Source: Methanocaldococcus jannaschii DSM 2661 (lineage in GTDB: Archaea > AGJL01 > Methanococci > Methanococcales > Methanocaldococcaceae). From it: 32,000 nt of DNA. The position numbers and the translations under genes were made by a program. Below are positions 1-10,044 of the stretch, in pieces (position 1 is the stretch's first letter; every line of letters starts with the position of its first letter). The notes below the pieces were generated by a model, which was not told where the DNA came from, did no database searches, and saw only the letters and a list, made by a program, of their open reading frames with translations. The stretch spans positions 473,581-505,580 of the forward strand of contig NC_000909.1 of assembly GCF_000091665.1 (NCBI RefSeq), written 5' to 3'.

Positions 1-165
1 TCTTGAAGAACAACCTATACCTGAAACAGCTATATAGTCCTCTGGCTTTATATTTAGCTCTTCAATAGCCTTTAAAAAGCAATTCATAACAATTCCATTT
101 CCACATCCAGAACAGAAGATGTGTGGCAATCTATCTTGCCTCATGTATTTTAAAGCTGGATGCAA
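1..165 (-). CDS. korB: 2-oxoacid:ferredoxin oxidoreductase beta subunit, probably 2-oxoglutarate type (partial, N-terminal end, runs off left edge)
   Basis: Reverse-strand translation LHPALKYMRQDRLPHIFCSGCGNGIVMNCFLKAIEELNIKPEDYIAVSGIGCSS; the CSGCGNG TPP-enzyme beta-subunit motif. Likely TTG start at 165 with GGTGG-like RBS; an in-frame TGA lies just upstream. Confidence 0.8.
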   Translation of the reverse strand, partial: MHPALKYMRQDRLPHIFCSGCGNGIVMNCFLKAIEELNIKPEDYIAVSGIGCSSR

Positions 166-247
166 TTTACCACCTCAAATAATTTTTAATTTATAATGGA
201 TACCCCAAATAGAGATAGAGTTAAGCCCTATTTTAATCAAACGAACT

Positions 248-292
248 CATCTCCTCATAACTACCGCATGGCTAAGCTCAAACATTGCTCCC
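248..292 (-). pseudogene. Diverged remnant or copy of the 3' end of the 442..1224 gene (encodes ...GAMFELSHAVVMRR*)
   Basis: The reverse strand reads GAMFELSHAVVMRR-stop, against GAMFELSHAVIMRK-stop at the end of the 442..1224 ORF. 34/39 nt identical over the core; 4 of 5 differences are synonymous third positions. Confidence 0.75.
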
Positions 293-337
293 AACCTTTT
301 AGTAAAAGGTTACTCGAACAACCTTTTAGAAAAGGTT
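293..337. repeat. Tandem pair of near-identical palindromes AACCTTTTAGTAAAAGGTT (293-311) and AACCTTTTAGAAAAGGTT (320-337)
   Basis: Direct reading of inverted repeats; related copies at 23441-23459 and 24412-24428. Confidence 0.85.
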
Positions 338-402
338 GATCAAAACTTAGTTAAATAGGTATCCCAATAGGGCGAAGCTATGGTGCGTTGATCAAAACAG
401 AT

Positions 403-429
403 GCATTACCTCGCTACGCTCGGTAATGC
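403..429. repeat. GC-richer hairpin GCATTACC-TCGCTACGCTC-GGTAATGC, enclosed by an outer AGCTATG (376-382) / CATAGCT (437-443) pair
   Basis: 8-bp perfect stem plus 7-bp outer stem; the right outer arm overlaps the stop codon of the 442..1224 gene. Confidence 0.75.
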
Positions 430-441
430 CTCTTAGCATAG

Positions 442-1224
442 CTATTTCCTCATAATTACGGCATGGCTAAGTTCGAACATAGCTCCAGATAGCTCGTTAC
501 CAATATCTTGAATATCAGCTAAACTTAATTCAATCTCATCTCTTTGGATGGATATAGCAACTGGTAAATACTTATAGGCGATTTCAAACATCTCAAAGGG
601 ATTACATAACAAATCAACAGCCATTAGTCCATTAAAATTCTCATTATTTTCATTGAAGTTTTTAGTTATAATCTTGTTGATTATAATCTCATCCCTATCC
701 AAAGAAATAAGCAGGTTTTTTACCACTTCATTTTCATTTTTTCCAATAGCTTCAAACACTGCCTTAACTCTTATAAACCCTTCTTCTTCAAAATCGGCTA
801 TTTCATCTTCATCATACTTGCCTTTTTTATATCCCTCAACATCTATATCTTTTTTCTCTTTAACATATACATCAAATCCAATCTTATATGTATCCATAAA
901 TGATTTAAACGCACTTATAACCAAAGCTAAAACTTCATTTATCTCATTAGCTGTGAGTTTTAATTTCTCTGGTTTTATAACTTCAATATCTGCCCCATAT
1001 TTTAAACAGAAGTTTATATAATCCTTAAAGTTATCAAAATTTATCTCAAATTCTCCAATTTTTGTATAAAACTTTAAATTTTCGTCTTCTTCTATGTCTT
1101 CATCTACATATTTAAGTTTAGCATTATATTTTTCTTTCAGCTCATTAGCCAAATTTTCAAATTCTTTTTCAACAATTTCTTTAGAATTTCCTTTAACTTC
1201 CTCTAATGCGTGTATTTTTATCAT
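442..1224 (-). CDS. Conserved hypothetical protein, 260 aa
   Basis: Long acidic/lysine-rich ORF with typical codon use and RBS GGTAAG near the start; no motif recognised. Confidence 0.85.
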   Translation of the reverse strand: MIKIHALEEVKGNSKEIVEKEFENLANELKEKYNAKLKYVDEDIEEDENLKFYTKIGEFEINFDNFKDYINFCLKYGADIEVIKPEKLKLTANEINEVLALVISAFKSFMDTYKIGFDVYVKEKKDIDVEGYKKGKYDEDEIADFEEEGFIRVKAVFEAIGKNENEVVKNLLISLDRDEIIINKIITKNFNENNENFNGLMAVDLLCNPFEMFEIAYKYLPVAISIQRDEIELSLADIQDIGNELSGAMFELSHAVIMRK

Positions 1225-1248
1225 CTTACCACCAAAAAAAGTAAAAAA

Positions 1249-2853
1249 TTATTCAAATAATGAATATCTTCTTATAACAAAATCTTTTCCAAGAGTTGCT
1301 AAGAAAGCTCCTAACTTTGGCCCGTACTTTTTACCTAAGAGTATCATATACGATGCTTGGAAGGCATCTCTTGGATTTAAGCCAAGTTCTTTTGCTGTTT
1401 GATAAATCAACTCATGCAAGTTTAAAGCATCAAACTCTGCTGTTTTTAATTTTTCAGCGAAGTATTTAATCCATTCTTTTTGTTTATCCTTCAATTTTTC
1501 ATATATCTCTTTTGCCTCATCCTCACTAATTATAACCAACTTTTCTCCATACTTCAAAGCCCAGTTTCTTGCCATTAACAATCTATCTTTCAATTTTTTC
1601 ATGCTGAACTCATCAATATCATCTATACTATAGTTATTTCTTCTTAATATTTCAAATACTCTCTCCATATTAATATCTTCCTTCTCTTCATCATAAGTTA
1701 GCTGAGCAATGATTGAACAGAATCTATATGGTATAACAAACGGCTTAGTTTCAGGGATTTTTGGTGTTGATAACTCATAAATTCTTATCTTTTCTTGTTC
1801 TTCTTCACTTAACTCATCTTTATCTTTGTTGTTAAAGTAGAAATCCTCTAATCTATCATATTCATCCACTAAGTCAGGAATTTTCTTCAAATCAAAGTCT
1901 ATATGCTTTGTTGGCTTACTTCTCAACAATAAGAATCTTAAAATCTCTGGGTGGGCTATATTAGTCCAATCCTTTACAGCAAACACAACACCTTTTGAAG
2001 AACTCATAGGAATTGCTTTATCCCCAACTTTTAATTGAATCCATTCATAAACAACCTTTTTTGGTGGTATATAGTTATAAATCTCTTTTGCAATTAAAAC
2101 TCCTGTATCGTAACTTCCCCCTGCTGCTGCATGGTCTTTACCCATTGGCTCAATAGTTACATTAAATATACTCCATCTCGCCGGCCAATCTACTCTCCAT
2201 GGAAGCTTAGCTCTTCCTTTATATGGTTTTACAGTGTTTTCAAATCCACAAATCTCACATCTATAGGTTATTTCCTCTTTCTCACTATCATATTTTATAA
2301 CCTTTGTCTTTAACTTTCCACAGTTTTCACAAACTATGTTTATTGGCCACCAGTCATCTGGTAAAGGATTAGCTCTAAATTTATTCAAAATCTCCATAAT
2401 TTTTTCTCTATTGTCTAAGGCAATCTTTATCTTTTCATCATAAAGTCCTTTTTTGTAGTTTTCATCAGCTCTATATGTTGTTAGCTCTACTCCTAAATCA
2501 TCTAAACTCTCTAAGTAAGGTCTTAAAAAGTGTTCAGCATAACTTTCACAGCAACCCTCTGGACATGGTATCTCGCTTAAAGGCATCCCAATATACTGCT
2601 CAAACTCTTTTGGTAAGAATGGATATAACTTCCTTAATGGGTCGTAGGTATCTGCTATAAAAATTAACTCTGCTTCAACTCCTTTATTTATTAATCCCTT
2701 ATAGATTGCATCTGCTGTCAGTGTTTCCCTTGCATTTCCTACGTGGATATGTCCTGAAGGTGTTATTCCACTCGCAACGATATATTTATCTGCTTTTCTC
2801 TCTTCAATCAATTTTTCAGCAATTACATCAGCCCAATGCATAATTTCCCTCAA
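1249..2853 (-). CDS. lysS: Class I lysyl-tRNA synthetase (likely start at the [10 protein letters not shown] Met, about 2841)
   Basis: [16 protein letters not shown] (HIGH-type) and MSSSKG signatures plus zinc-binding Cys pairs (CENCGKLK...CEICG), typical of archaeal class I LysRS. Confidence 0.95.
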   Translation of the reverse strand: MREIMHWADVIAEKLIEERKADKYIVASGITPSGHIHVGNARETLTADAIYKGLINKGVEAELIFIADTYDPLRKLYPFLPKEFEQYIGMPLSEIPCPEGCCESYAEHFLRPYLESLDDLGVELTTYRADENYKKGLYDEKIKIALDNREKIMEILNKFRANPLPDDWWPINIVCENCGKLKTKVIKYDSEKEEITYRCEICGFENTVKPYKGRAKLPWRVDWPARWSIFNVTIEPMGKDHAAAGGSYDTGVLIAKEIYNYIPPKKVVYEWIQLKVGDKAIPMSSSKGVVFAVKDWTNIAHPEILRFLLLRSKPTKHIDFDLKKIPDLVDEYDRLEDFYFNNKDKDELSEEEQEKIRIYELSTPKIPETKPFVIPYRFCSIIAQLTYDEEKEDINMERVFEILRRNNYSIDDIDEFSMKKLKDRLLMARNWALKYGEKLVIISEDEAKEIYEKLKDKQKEWIKYFAEKLKTAEFDALNLHELIYQTAKELGLNPRDAFQASYMILLGKKYGPKLGAFLATLGKDFVIRRYSLFE

Positions 2854-3002
2854 AATTTTTGTTTCTTCTATTTTATTGTCTATATTATTTAAAATATAAA
2901 AATCAAAAAATCCAAATTTCTTTAGGTTACATAATAATTTGTTAAAATATTAACTACCAAAATGATATAAATAACTTAGTTTTAGACAAAAAAGCTGAAT
3001 TA

Positions 3003-3111
3003 TAGTCAATCATCAAAAGTTTTTATAGTTATATAATAAACTTATAGAAGCTCAAAAGGGCTTCTATACCAATAACCTTAGAAAATGTTATCTATTTTTG
3101 ATGATTGACTA
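3003..3111. repeat. 109-bp element with perfect 16-bp terminal inverted repeats and an inner hairpin
   Basis: TAGTCAATCATCAAAA at 3003-3018 and TTTTGATGATTGACTA at 3096-3111; inner TATAGAAG (3043-3050) / CTTCTATA (3061-3068). Confidence 0.85.
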
Positions 3112-3366
3112 ATAAAACCTCAACACAACTCTTTTCTCTCCATTACTATGAACTAACTCTAACAAATCATCCAATATTTTCTCAATTTCAACCTCTATAA
3201 TTCCATATTTTTCATGAACCAACCTTATAAGTCCATCGTTATAATGCATTAACCTACCTTCAACATGAACCCTTCCAAAATATATCTCAACATACTCATC
3301 AACATCTATATTGTTAAGGTATTCAATAACTTCTTTTGGATTTTTTACATCAATGATTTCCTCCAT
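3109..3366 (-). CDS. Small conserved hypothetical protein, 85 aa
   Basis: Intact ORF, MEEIIDVKNPKEVIEYLNNIDVDEYVEIYFGRVHVEGRL..., tightly upstream-linked to the next gene. Confidence 0.75.
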   Translation of the reverse strand: MEEIIDVKNPKEVIEYLNNIDVDEYVEIYFGRVHVEGRLMHYNDGLIRLVHEKYGIIEVEIEKILDDLLELVHSNGEKRVVLRFY

Positions 3367-3386
3367 AATATCACTATTTTTATTTT

Positions 3387-3926
<540 letters not shown>

Positions 3927-3982
3927 TTAAAATATATAATGATAAAATAGTCATAAAAACAAAACTTAAAAGTTAAAGGTAA

Positions 3983-6900
3983 TTACTCCCTCTCTACATA
4001 TGATTTTCTTATGTAGTTTAATATAACCTTCTGCTCAGTTCTTGCTACAACTCTTCTTATTGTCTCTACAGCATCAATGTTTGCTGAAACACTATCAATT
4101 CCCCACTCAACTAACTTCTCAACTATGTGAGGTCTGCTTCCAGCCTGCCCACAAATTGATGTTTTTATGCCATGTTTTTTGCAAGTTTTAATTACGTGCT
4201 CAACCAACTTTAACACAGCTGGGTGATCTTCTTTATAATACTTTGAAACTAACTCGTTATTTCTATCAATTGCTATTGTGTATTGTGTTAAATCGTTAGT
4301 TCCTAAGCTAACAAAGTTTATTCCTTCTTTTATAAAGTCCTCAATAATTAAAGCTGCTGCTGGTGTTTCAACCATAATTCCAAATGGAATATCCTTACAT
4401 GGTTCTAAACCAACTTCTCTCATTATCTCTTTAACTCTTCTAACTTCATCTGGATGAGTTACGAGAGGGATCATGATCTCTATATTCTTATAGCCCTCTT
4501 CTCTCAATCTTTTAATTGCCTTTAATTCACATTTTAATATATCTACTTCATCAAGATCTCTCCTAATTCCTCTCCAACCAAGCATTGGATTGTGTTCTAT
4601 TGGCTCATTCTCTCCTCCTTCTAAACCTCTAAACTCATCTGTTGGAGCATCTAATGTTCTATAAGTTACAGGTCTTGGGTAGAATGCATCTGCTACCTTT
4701 CTAATTCCTTCCATTAACGCCTCTATCAATGCTTCTTCTCCCTCTTCCTCTAAAATCTTTCTTGGATGCTTACCTAATCCTAATATCATATGCTCAGCTC
4801 TCAACAAGCCAACCCCATCTGCTCCTGTTGCTGCTGCTCTTTCAGCAACCTCTGGCATGCTGACATTAACTTTAACCTCAGTAGCTGTTATTATTGGAGC
4901 TTGTTGAACAACAACCTCCTGTTTTTTCTCTTTTTCTTCAACCTTTTTAATCTCTCCTTCATAAACAATTCCCTTCTCTCCATCAACTGTAACGATCATT
5001 CCATCTTTTAAAACCTTCGTTGCTTTCTTTGTTCCAACAACGCAAGGTGTTCCTAACTCCCTTGAAACGATTGCCGCGTGGCAGTTGAATACAACTATTG
5101 GAGTGTAATGCTTAGTCCAAACAACATAGTTGTGGTTAAACTCATTTTCTGCTTTAACTGTTATGTTATAAACTTCCCCATAATCTTCTCCAACTTTTTT
5201 AATCCTGATGGAGTAAATATCACTCTCTTTTAAGAGTTTGATTTTTTGTTTTATTCTTTCAATGCCATCTTTATCTATTTTGCTAAGGTATTCTTCTAAT
5301 TTATTTATTCCAATGAATAGTTTTTCTTTATATGTCTTGTATAAATAGCCCTTATAATCAAATTCTTTAAGTTCTGGCAGTATTTGAGATATATCTATTA
5401 ATTTTTTATCTTCAACTGGTTTTTTGAACTCTTTTAGCTTATCTAATTTGATTCTTCTTGTTCTTTGCAGTATAGTTTCTAAGTTGTTATTAAAGTATAT
5501 TGTTGCTGTTGATGACCTTTTATATCTCAATCTTGGAATTATTCCCAATCTATATAGCCCAACAATTAAGCCCTCAATCTTTTTGATATGGGAGGAGTTT
5601 TGATATATCTCAACTCTTCTCTTTCCACTTAAACATCCATCTCCATCAACAAATCCAGCAATTAAATCGGCTATTTCATCTTTGGTAGCATATAATGGGA
5701 TAGTGTTTATATTGACCTCAATAAAGCCCAATATTTCAGAAGGTATTTTTCTACTTGTTTGATATTCAATAACGTTGTTTCTATTGCTAATCTCTATAAA
5801 GTTGCCTCCAATTAACTTAACATCTCCTTTAACTTTTTCTATGAAGTCCTTCTTTTCCTCAGTGTCTTTTTGGGTAAATCTTACCCTTATTGGTTTTCCA
5901 TTTCTTCTGACAATGTGTCCATCTGAAAGAACTGCTCCTCCTAAATACATAACTTCTGCTAAGCTTTCATACTTCTCCTCAATCATTGGGATGTAGTCAA
6001 TACTCAATACAGAAAGGTTGTTATCTATAATATCACATAATTGAACCTTACTGAGTTCTCCATTTACAAACACTGGGAATTTGTGGTCTGGAGTGATTTT
6101 TATTGTATCTTTTGTATTTTTATTCTTTCTATAAACGCCAATTTCATATCTCCTTGCCTCTCTTTTTTGTGCATCAATTATCTCTTTCCATTCTGTTTTT
6201 AAGGTTTCAGCATTTAATCCCAAAACCTTCAATTTTTCTCCATTTTTAACTAATTTATAGACCTCTTTCATTTTTAAAAAGCCCCTATCTGTTAAAATTT
6301 TTGCATCTCCTTCTATACAGGTTAATCCTCCCTCATCTGTTACAATAGCAGCTGCCTTTTTCATCGCTGGAACCATATCTGGTGTGGTCATCTCTGTTAC
6401 TAATATATCCCCTTCTTTAACCTTGTCTATTTCACTAACATCGTGGATTATTTTAACAACACCTGTTGCAATGCCTGGAGATGCCCCAATACCTTTTAAT
6501 AATATTTTTGCCTCGATATCCTCTTCTTTTGCCTTTTTCTCTTTTTTACCTTTCTTTAAGGTAGTTATCGGTCTTGCTTGAAGCATGTAAAACTTGCCTT
6601 TCTCATAAGCCCATTCAACATCCATCGGTTTTCCATAGTGTTTTTCTATATTCAACCCTATTTTAGCCAATTCTTTAATTTCATCATCTGATAAAACTTG
6701 CTTTTCCTTCATATCATCAGGGACTTCAACAACCTTTGTTTCTCCTTTTTCATCCTTAACAAACATCGTTTCTTTTCTTGCTATATGCTTATCAACAATC
6801 TCTAAGGTCTTTTTATTGACAATGTATGTATCTGGAGAGACAGAACCACTAACAACTCCCTCTCCTAATCCCCACGCTGCTTCGATAACTAACTCATCAT

Positions 6901-7549
6901 AATTTTCGCTAATTGGATTAACTGTAAACATAACTCCTGCCTTTTCAGCATTAACCAATTTTTGAACAACTGCAGCTAAAGCAACCTTAAAGTGGTCAAA
7001 CCCCTGTTGTTCTCTGTAGAAAATGGCTCTTGGAGTAAATAAAGATGAGAAGCATTTTTGCACATATTTAACTACATTTTCAGCTCCTTTTATATTCAAG
7101 TAAGTATCTTGCTGTCCTGCAAAACTTGCCTCAGGTAAATCTTCAGCGGTTGCAGAACTTCTAACTGCCACTGTTACCTCATCCTCTCCGCACATTTCAC
7201 ATAATTTGTTATATGCCTCAATAATAGCCAATCTCAAATCTTCCGGCATCTCTGCTTCTTCAATTAATTTTCTAATTTTTTTTGATGCATTTGTTAATGC
7301 ATCTGTGTCATTAACGTCCAAACCGCTTAAAATTTCTCTTATTTTATCCATTAATCCAGTTTCTTTTATAAAGTGCCTGTAAGCATCAGCAGTAACAACG
7401 AATGCTGGTGGAACTGGCAATCCAGCGTTCCACATCTCTCCTAATGAAGCTCCCTTACCTCCAGCAATGTCTACATCTTTATTTGATAACTCGTCTAACC
7501 ATGCAATAAATTTCATGCTATCCCCTTTTGTATTTTGGATAATTAACAA
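3983..7549 (-). CDS. ppsA: Phosphoenolpyruvate synthase precursor containing an intein (likely real start ATG at 7516, MKFIAWLDELSN)
   Basis: N-terminal PEP/pyruvate-binding domain (GGKGASLGEM), GGLT/CHAAIVSRELGTPCVVG phosphohistidine motif interrupted by the intein, C-terminal TIM-barrel PEP-utilising domain (SLGTNDLTQYTI, SICGQAGS). GGGGAT RBS before 7516. Confidence 0.97.
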   Translation of the reverse strand: MLIIQNTKGDSMKFIAWLDELSNKDVDIAGGKGASLGEMWNAGLPVPPAFVVTADAYRHFIKETGLMDKIREILSGLDVNDTDALTNASKKIRKLIEEAEMPEDLRLAIIEAYNKLCEMCGEDEVTVAVRSSATAEDLPEASFAGQQDTYLNIKGAENVVKYVQKCFSSLFTPRAIFYREQQGFDHFKVALAAVVQKLVNAEKAGVMFTVNPISENYDELVIEAAWGLGEGVVSGSVSPDTYIVNKKTLEIVDKHIARKETMFVKDEKGETKVVEVPDDMKEKQVLSDDEIKELAKIGLNIEKHYGKPMDVEWAYEKGKFYMLQARPITTLKKGKKEKKAKEEDIEAKILLKGIGASPGIATGVVKIIHDVSEIDKVKEGDILVTEMTTPDMVPAMKKAAAIVTDEGGLTCIEGDAKILTDRGFLKMKEVYKLVKNGEKLKVLGLNAETLKTEWKEIIDAQKREARRYEIGVYRKNKNTKDTIKITPDHKFPVFVNGELSKVQLCDIIDNNLSVLSIDYIPMIEEKYESLAEVMYLGGAVLSDGHIVRRNGKPIRVRFTQKDTEEKKDFIEKVKGDVKLIGGNFIEISNRNNVIEYQTSRKIPSEILGFIEVNINTIPLYATKDEIADLIAGFVDGDGCLSGKRRVEIYQNSSHIKKIEGLIVGLYRLGIIPRLRYKRSSTATIYFNNNLETILQRTRRIKLDKLKEFKKPVEDKKLIDISQILPELKEFDYKGYLYKTYKEKLFIGINKLEEYLSKIDKDGIERIKQKIKLLKESDIYSIRIKKVGEDYGEVYNITVKAENEFNHNYVVWTKHYTPIVVFNCHAAIVSRELGTPCVVGTKKATKVLKDGMIVTVDGEKGIVYEGEIKKVEEKEKKQEVVVQQAPIITATEVKVNVSMPEVAERAAATGADGVGLLRAEHMILGLGKHPRKILEEEGEEALIEALMEGIRKVADAFYPRPVTYRTLDAPTDEFRGLEGGENEPIEHNPMLGWRGIRRDLDEVDILKCELKAIKRLREEGYKNIEIMIPLVTHPDEVRRVKEIMREVGLEPCKDIPFGIMVETPAAALIIEDFIKEGINFVSLGTNDLTQYTIAIDRNNELVSKYYKEDHPAVLKLVEHVIKTCKKHGIKTSICGQAGSRPHIVEKLVEWGIDSVSANIDAVETIRRVVARTEQKVILNYIRKSYVERE
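5084..6319 (-). mobile_element. Intein with LAGLIDADG/DOD homing endonuclease domain, 412 aa
   Basis: Starts Cys1 (codon 6317-6319) CIEGDAKILTDRGF, block B TPDHKFPVF, dodecapeptides YLGGAVLSDGHIV and LIAGFVDGDGCLS, ends VVFN (Asn codon 5084-5086) followed by Cys+1. Length 1236 nt. Confidence 0.96.
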
Positions 7550-7676
7550 TATATAGGGGATTATATATAGCTTTTATTTTAAAATAAATTTAAATATTTG
7601 AATGATAATATTATAAATAAAATAGTAGAGTTATTACAAGTGAAAATGTTATAAAAAATTAAAAAAAGTTTCATAA

Positions 7677-8201
7677 TTATAATTTAAGCAATTCTTTTCC
7701 TTGCTCAATAACTATTCTACATGGAACTGGTAATTTCATTGCAGCTCTTCTTAAAGCTTCCTTTGCAGCTGGGAATTTGTCTGGGTTTACCCATACTGTT
7801 AAGATTGCCTGTCCTTCCTTAACTCTTGCAGCTGTTCCAATTGGTTTTCCAAATGCCAATCTCATTCCATCTGAAATTCTATCTGCCCCAGCTCCAGTAG
7901 CCATCTTGTGCTCTCTCAATATTTGGTGTGGATAAACTCTAATTTGGAATTTGTAACCCATTCTACCGCACATCTTTGTTAAATATTTGTTTGCGGCAAC
8001 TCTTGCAGCTTCTAATGCGTTATGTCTTATTTGGATTGGTCTTGTAGCTACTAAATTAACCTTAACTGGGAATTCTGCTGATAAGTTACCCATTATGAAA
8101 TGAACTACTTTTGGTTGTGGAACCCCTTTAACATACTCCTTTCTTGTGTATGGTGGTTTATCTACATCTCTGTAACATCTGTTTGGTCTTAAAGAAGCCA
8201 T
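7677..8201 (-). CDS. rpl10e: Ribosomal protein L10e (L16 family)
   Basis: [31 protein letters not shown]..., [23 protein letters not shown]; archaeal L10e signature. Confidence 0.96.
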   Translation of the reverse strand: MASLRPNRCYRDVDKPPYTRKEYVKGVPQPKVVHFIMGNLSAEFPVKVNLVATRPIQIRHNALEAARVAANKYLTKMCGRMGYKFQIRVYPHQILREHKMATGAGADRISDGMRLAFGKPIGTAARVKEGQAILTVWVNPDKFPAAKEALRRAAMKLPVPCRIVIEQGKELLKL

Positions 8202-8333
8202 ATCATCACCTATTTTGGCTGTTTCGTTTTATAGATAAAGAGAAGGACTATGTGTGTTTTCAATTCCCAATATATAAAATTTATTGTGATGCTAATATTT
8301 TTAACTTAATATTTAAAGCTTACTGTTATTTTG

Positions 8334-9023
8334 CTACTCTAAAAAAATGAACTTTATAACCTGCTTAGCAACTTCTAAGATTTTCTTTGTGGTTATATAT
8401 GAAACAGCTTCATCATGATACTCAACACTCACATATTCCTCCACAATCTTAGCCCCTTTTTTCGCTAACTGCAGAGCAATAAAATGTTCAACTGCATAAC
8501 CATCTCCAAACTTCATATCTTTTAAAAACTCTGCCTTTATTATCCTAAAACCACACTGAACATCCCTAAAGAAATAAAATCTTTTTGAGTATATTAACAC
8601 TGCCAACGACGTAAGTATTGAAGCAAAAAAATTAGATATTTGCCTATGCAATGGAATATGTTTGTATTTCCTAATACCAAAAACGGCATCAGCATTTGTA
8701 TCTTCCAATTTTTTTAACAGTTTTGGAATGTCCATTGGTTTGTGCTGATAATCTCCATCAATATATATGATATATTTATATTTGTTTAAAGATAAGGCAA
8801 ATTTTGTTCCTTTCTCTATTGCTTTTGCCTTTCCTTCATTTTTTTCATTTCTTATTAAATATACATTAATCTTTGCTTTTTTTGCAAACTCTTCAACGAT
8901 TTTTGAGGTATTGTCTTTAGAACCATCATCCACTACTACAGCATCAACTCTTAACTTTTCTAAGTCCTTTAACACCTTTAAAATATTTTTTTCCTCATTG
9001 AATGCTGGAATTATTGCAATCAT
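8334..9023 (-). CDS. Family 2 glycosyltransferase, dolichyl-phosphate mannosyltransferase-like
   Basis: IIPAFNEEKNI, VVDDGSKDNT, YIIYIDGDYQHKPMDIPKL, FRDVQCGFRIIKAE: GT2/DPM1-type motifs. Confidence 0.9.
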   Translation of the reverse strand: MIAIIPAFNEEKNILKVLKDLEKLRVDAVVVDDGSKDNTSKIVEEFAKKAKINVYLIRNEKNEGKAKAIEKGTKFALSLNKYKYIIYIDGDYQHKPMDIPKLLKKLEDTNADAVFGIRKYKHIPLHRQISNFFASILTSLAVLIYSKRFYFFRDVQCGFRIIKAEFLKDMKFGDGYAVEHFIALQLAKKGAKIVEEYVSVEYHDEAVSYITTKKILEVAKQVIKFIFLE

Positions 9024-9126
9024 AGGTAATCACAATATAAATTGGATGCTAGTAAATTTTTAACAAAATTTTAAAATTTTATGGTAATAAGAAAAAGTAG
9101 AAAAATAGGAATTGGTGTTTTTAGTT

Positions 9127-9870
9127 TTAGATTTTGATGATATACATTACAACAAACCCAAATACTATACCTATAATCAACCCAAGAATCCCATACATCA
9201 GCCAATTATTACCTTTATCTTTTTGGACGTTTTCAATAGTTTGTGTTGATGTGTTATTGAATTTTTGTGTTATTTTTTCTTGAGATGTAGTGTTTGCCTT
9301 TGTAATATTCCCTATATCAATATTTTTTGATATATTTGTTTTATTTTGGGTGATATTTGTTTCATTAATAATTGCATTTGTAGAATTTGGTGTAGTTACA
9401 TTTGTGGTATTTTCAAATATTTTAGTAATATTTTCTAAGAGAGATGTGTTTTCTTCATCTCTATTATATGTATTATTATAACTTACATAAATATTTTCAG
9501 GAAGTGTTAATATTGAGATGTTTAATAAAAATTTTTTCTTTATAAGCGTTCCATCAATAATATACGACATTTGAACATTAATTGTATGATTTCCAGGAGT
9601 TACAGCCTCACCTTCAAATATGTGAAATACCTTAGCATCCTCTGCAACACCTGCATAGTATAAAGTGGAATTTTTAAACACTACAGCATCTGAAAGGACT
9701 GTAACATTAAAATCTTCAACATTATAAGGAGCTCTCCATTGAAATATAACATATACGGAATTATTTACTAAACATTTTTCGGGGGTAACTATAATTTCTG
9801 GATTTAAAGCATAATTTGGAATTAAAAAAATAAATAAGGATATTAAGAGAGGAATAATTACTTTTTTCAT
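9127..9870 (-). CDS. Predicted secreted/membrane-anchored surface protein with dense N-glycosylation sequons (track start is TTG at 9882; ATG at 9870 preferred)
   Basis: Signal peptide-like [21 protein letters not shown], a middle region with many N-X-S/T tripeptides, and a C-terminal TM ([23 protein letters not shown]). Confidence 0.85.
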
Positions 9871-9871
9871 C

Positions 9872-10042
9872 TTACCCACCAAGTTTTAGTTTTCTTATTC
9901 TTTCATTTAATTTTTCGACCTCCTCCTTTGTTAATCTTGTAGCTTTTTTAACCTCCTCCAATTCTTTTTGTAACATTATTACTTTAATCCCCAGTATTAT
10001 GTTGAGGAGTATGCTAATAGCCACAATTATATACAAAATCAT
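9872..10042 (-). CDS. 56-aa membrane/coiled-coil microprotein (not in the ORF track)
   Basis: Reverse strand ATG at 10042 after a GGAGGAGATAAGG RBS: [56 protein letters not shown]-stop; wedged without gaps between two co-directional genes. Confidence 0.8.
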
Positions 10043-10044
10043 CC

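Noticed and set aside
653-1402. Plus-strand ORFs 653..1021 and 1094..1402
   Set aside because: Antisense to well-supported minus-strand genes, with composition typical of shadow ORFs (Ser/Phe/Ile-rich), no RBS and no motif.
3003-3111. Box C/D sRNA based on TGATGA in the inverted repeat arms
   Set aside because: TGATGA appears on both strands, but I could not find a properly spaced CTGA D box and guide region, so it is reported only as an inverted-repeat element.
5084-6319. Intein treated as a separate inserted gene or frame disruption
   Set aside because: The frame is continuous through both junctions and splice motifs are complete, so it is an in-frame intein.
4790-6581. Plus-strand ORFs 4790..5011, 5775..5996 and 6384..6581 across ppsA and its intein
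   Set aside because: Shadow ORFs antisense to ppsA. The endonuclease domain is on the minus strand within the intein.
8144-8350. Plus-strand 68-aa ORF in the rpl10e/GT2 intergenic region
   Set aside because: Partly antisense to rpl10e, low-complexity Phe/Tyr/Cys composition, no recognisable RBS.
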